From positions 1-64,000 of the forward strand of contig NMRA01000595.1 of the NCBI GenBank assembly GCA_002633005.1: a stretch of 64,000 bases of DNA, given 5' to 3'. The position numbers and the translations under genes were made by a program. The notes under the pieces are model-generated. The model searched no databases. It had not been told where the DNA came from and worked only from the letters and a program-made list of their open reading frames with translations. Of this stretch, positions 61,692 to 64,000 are shown piece by piece. Numbering within the stretch: position 1 is the stretch's first letter; the number at the start of each line of letters is the position of its first letter. This DNA is from Phoronis australis. Taxonomy: Eukaryota > Animalia > Phoronida.

Positions 61692-63286
61692 AGGAGAATG
61701 CCACCCGATTTAATTAATCTTTTTTACCATCTTAATCGGTCTATATATCCACATCGCCTCGCATACAGTCGACCTTACCTTGCCGAGAGGTGTCGCGTTA
61801 ACCTGTGAGTAAGGTGAGAAACGACACGATGTCAGTGGTTCATTTGCAGAGTGAATGCCGCTATGTTGTGGTGCATCCGTTCCCGCTTGTCCGAACTATG
61901 CAGCTGCGAGGAAAGCGGGTAATATATTGTTTTTTTTTCGACTTCCTCGAGAGTCAGAAATGCTAGGAAGTGGCTCGCGGTAGTGAAGAATGAAAAGTAC
62001 GCTGTTGATAGCAAGTATGAGGCTGTGAAACATCTCCGTGTCTGTGGCCGTCAGTCGTCGACAGAGTCTGACAAATGCCGGCTTACCAAAGAGCTATCCA
62101 TACATCGTTGCCTGTGCATGTTCACGGCACCTCTCTAGTATTTCTTGATCACTGTATTCTGATTCGAACTGATAGCCTGTGAAACTTAACGATCCACCTG
62201 TGAAGTCTTCATCGGATGAGCTCTTGTCTAAGATGGGATTACGAGTTCCCATGTTGCTGTTTATCATTCTGCGTTGTTTCAAAATGAATTATTCTCACCC
62301 TAACCAATGCTTATATAAAACTGAAACAAAGTCTGTCTCAATAGATACAATTTGTAATGCCTTTGGAGTATTCGTGAGTGCAAATGTTTTGAGAAGCCAG
62401 CAATGAATAAACCACTGCGTTACCCAGCCGGCTTTAGAAGGTATTTGACTGGGAACCGAGGCCGTGTGAGCGCATGCTAATACAGTGTTTGCAGACAGAA
62501 AGCTCTCTCTATTTTGTATGCTATGATCACATGTTAATGGAACCTTTATTTAGATATACAATTACATTATTCATATTGTTACTGTACAACTTTTGCCCTG
62601 ATGATTCTGTAAAAGGGCAACTTAACTTCGCGACCCCAGACAAGTAAGTACATTTGCAGTTTCATGGCTAATAATTAGTGCACATTATTTCTTTGGCTCA
62701 CTAGTATGGTCTTTTCGTGACTGGAGGTTTAGTTTCCAACTTATGTTCGTGATATCCAGTCCTGGTGGCCGCGACGGGCCTGATCGGGCTCCGAGGCACT
62801 GGGTGGGATAACAAGCGTTTTGTGTGTTTAGAACTGAAAACATCGCAAGTCTAAAAGTACAACACACAGCAATCTTTCATGTCTGTATTTCACGGAAGAA
62901 TGATTAGAATTTATCACCAAACAGACCCAAACTCCCGCGATCAACCATGGTAAATTGGCCTACCGAATCTAGGAGTCTACATTCTTGACCGAACTCTGTA
63001 GGCTACCGTACGTTTAAATACCTATAAATCCATAACAGTGAACTAAAAACATGTTTGTTCAAGAACTCGATATATTTGTAAGGGTTTTACAATGAAATTT
63101 GATGGTTTATTGGGGGTAAAACGATGCATTCATGCGATAAGTGAGAACAGTAAGCGTGTTGTGAATGGCTGAACAGACTGTGTTCGAACCGTCATTGGTT
63201 AATTTCAACACATCTGTCTGCTGACAGGTGGAACTACTCGATCCAAATTGATAAAAAATATGTTGTTTTTTGGGTGGCATTCTCCT
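61692..63286 (+). mobile_element. Non-autonomous Kolobok-type DNA transposon, 1595 bp
   Basis: Perfect 15-bp TIRs AGGAGAATGCCACCC / GGGTGGCATTCTCCT, TTAA TSD on both sides, purine-purine terminus and an internal THAP remnant. Confidence 0.85.
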
Positions 63287-63450
63287 TTAACTACCAAGTG
63301 CGTAAATCATCGGCAAAACGACGTAACTGCCCCACGCTACTTGCAGAGGGTTATGGGGAGGTCACCCATGTGCCAGCCAACCCAAGAGGTGGCAGCACAG
63401 ACGAGGATCTTCGAAGCTGAGTGCCTAAGTATTACTTAAAAGAAAATCCC

Positions 63451-63649
63451 TCAGGTGATGTCGGTTTGCTGTTTACGTCTGAATATCCTGTCCTTAAGCT
63501 GTTCTCTCAGGTGCCTTTTCCGTTGGAATTTCTTCTCTTTTTTGCGCTTTTTCTCGTCCACTTCTGCCTGTGTGTCAGGTGGCCGAAGACCTTCTGTGAC
63601 TTTGTAGTAGGCCATAGTTGAGTCACTGTCCACCAGAGGTAGCACCAAC
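63451..63649 (-). CDS. TSEN15: Last coding exon of tRNA-splicing endonuclease subunit Sen15
   Basis: Acceptor tttttctcaag. LVLPLVDSDSTMAYYKVTEGLRPPD matches the Sen15 C-terminal signature (LAIVESDSTIVYYKLTDG in human). Upstream exons lie beyond the window. Confidence 0.85.
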
Positions 63650-64000
63650 CTTGAGAAAAAATGTCTGCTATTTTACTGCTACTAAAAAACTGAAACAGAA
63701 ATCGTCTTTAAGGGAAAAGCTGAATCTCTCTTTTCCAAAAATATCTCAACAGCACGAAAGACGATAAAAAATCTTCTTTGCCAAAAATTGACAAAATTTT
63801 TTAGTGGACTTTTTGATTACTCAATGTGACTTGAAATTCCCTTAACGGTTTTCAAAGTAATCATTTTTCTTCTTGTAAATTAGACAAGTGTAGTTGAAGT
63901 TATAGTTGGTTAGAAGGAAAACTGGCAACCTAGAATTAAAGAAATCTTATTTTGCAGTGCTAGATTTGGTGACCTGAACCTCGTCAATGCGACTTCAGAT

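Larger units (their letters stand above)
60239..62504. repeat. ~0.94-kb near-identical direct duplication (60239-61171 and 61560-62504); probably uncollapsed haplotypes
   Basis: Colinear copies separated by unrelated sequence and a single N at 61558. Confidence 0.9.

Overview
AT-rich, intron-rich animal genomic DNA, probably from an invertebrate bilaterian, in a draft assembly (one 218-N gap; single Ns at 19887, 42175, 48164 and 61558). No prokaryotic systems or CRISPR arrays are present. Genes reconstructed by hand from splice sites and protein motifs: (1) a complete 12-exon mitochondrial processing peptidase alpha gene, PMPCA (+, 2417-16093, 522 aa); (2) an intronless 207-aa gene for a membrane-anchored atypical Ig-like protein (-, 18493-19116); (3) a whirlin gene, WHRN/DFNB31 (+, about 20680/23185-57397), whose exon 2 appears twice and whose middle exons are absent; (4) the last coding exon of TSEN15 (-, 63451-63649); (5) a possible first exon of a type II membrane protein head-to-head with PMPCA. 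Non-coding DNA holds many non-autonomous transposons: MITEs with 8-, 6-, 5-, 3- and 2-bp TSDs, TTAA Kolobok-type elements (one with THAP and KolX-like remnants) and a tRNA-derived SINE with a 15-bp TSD. There is also a perfect 24 x 22-bp minisatellite and a 37-bp repeat in the PMPCA 3' UTR. Two local duplications next to single Ns look like uncollapsed haplotypes. I found no clear new multi-gene system. The best leads are the Trp-less Ig-like orphan, the Kolobok derivative, the 5/6-bp-TSD MITEs and the candidate alternative whirlin start exons.
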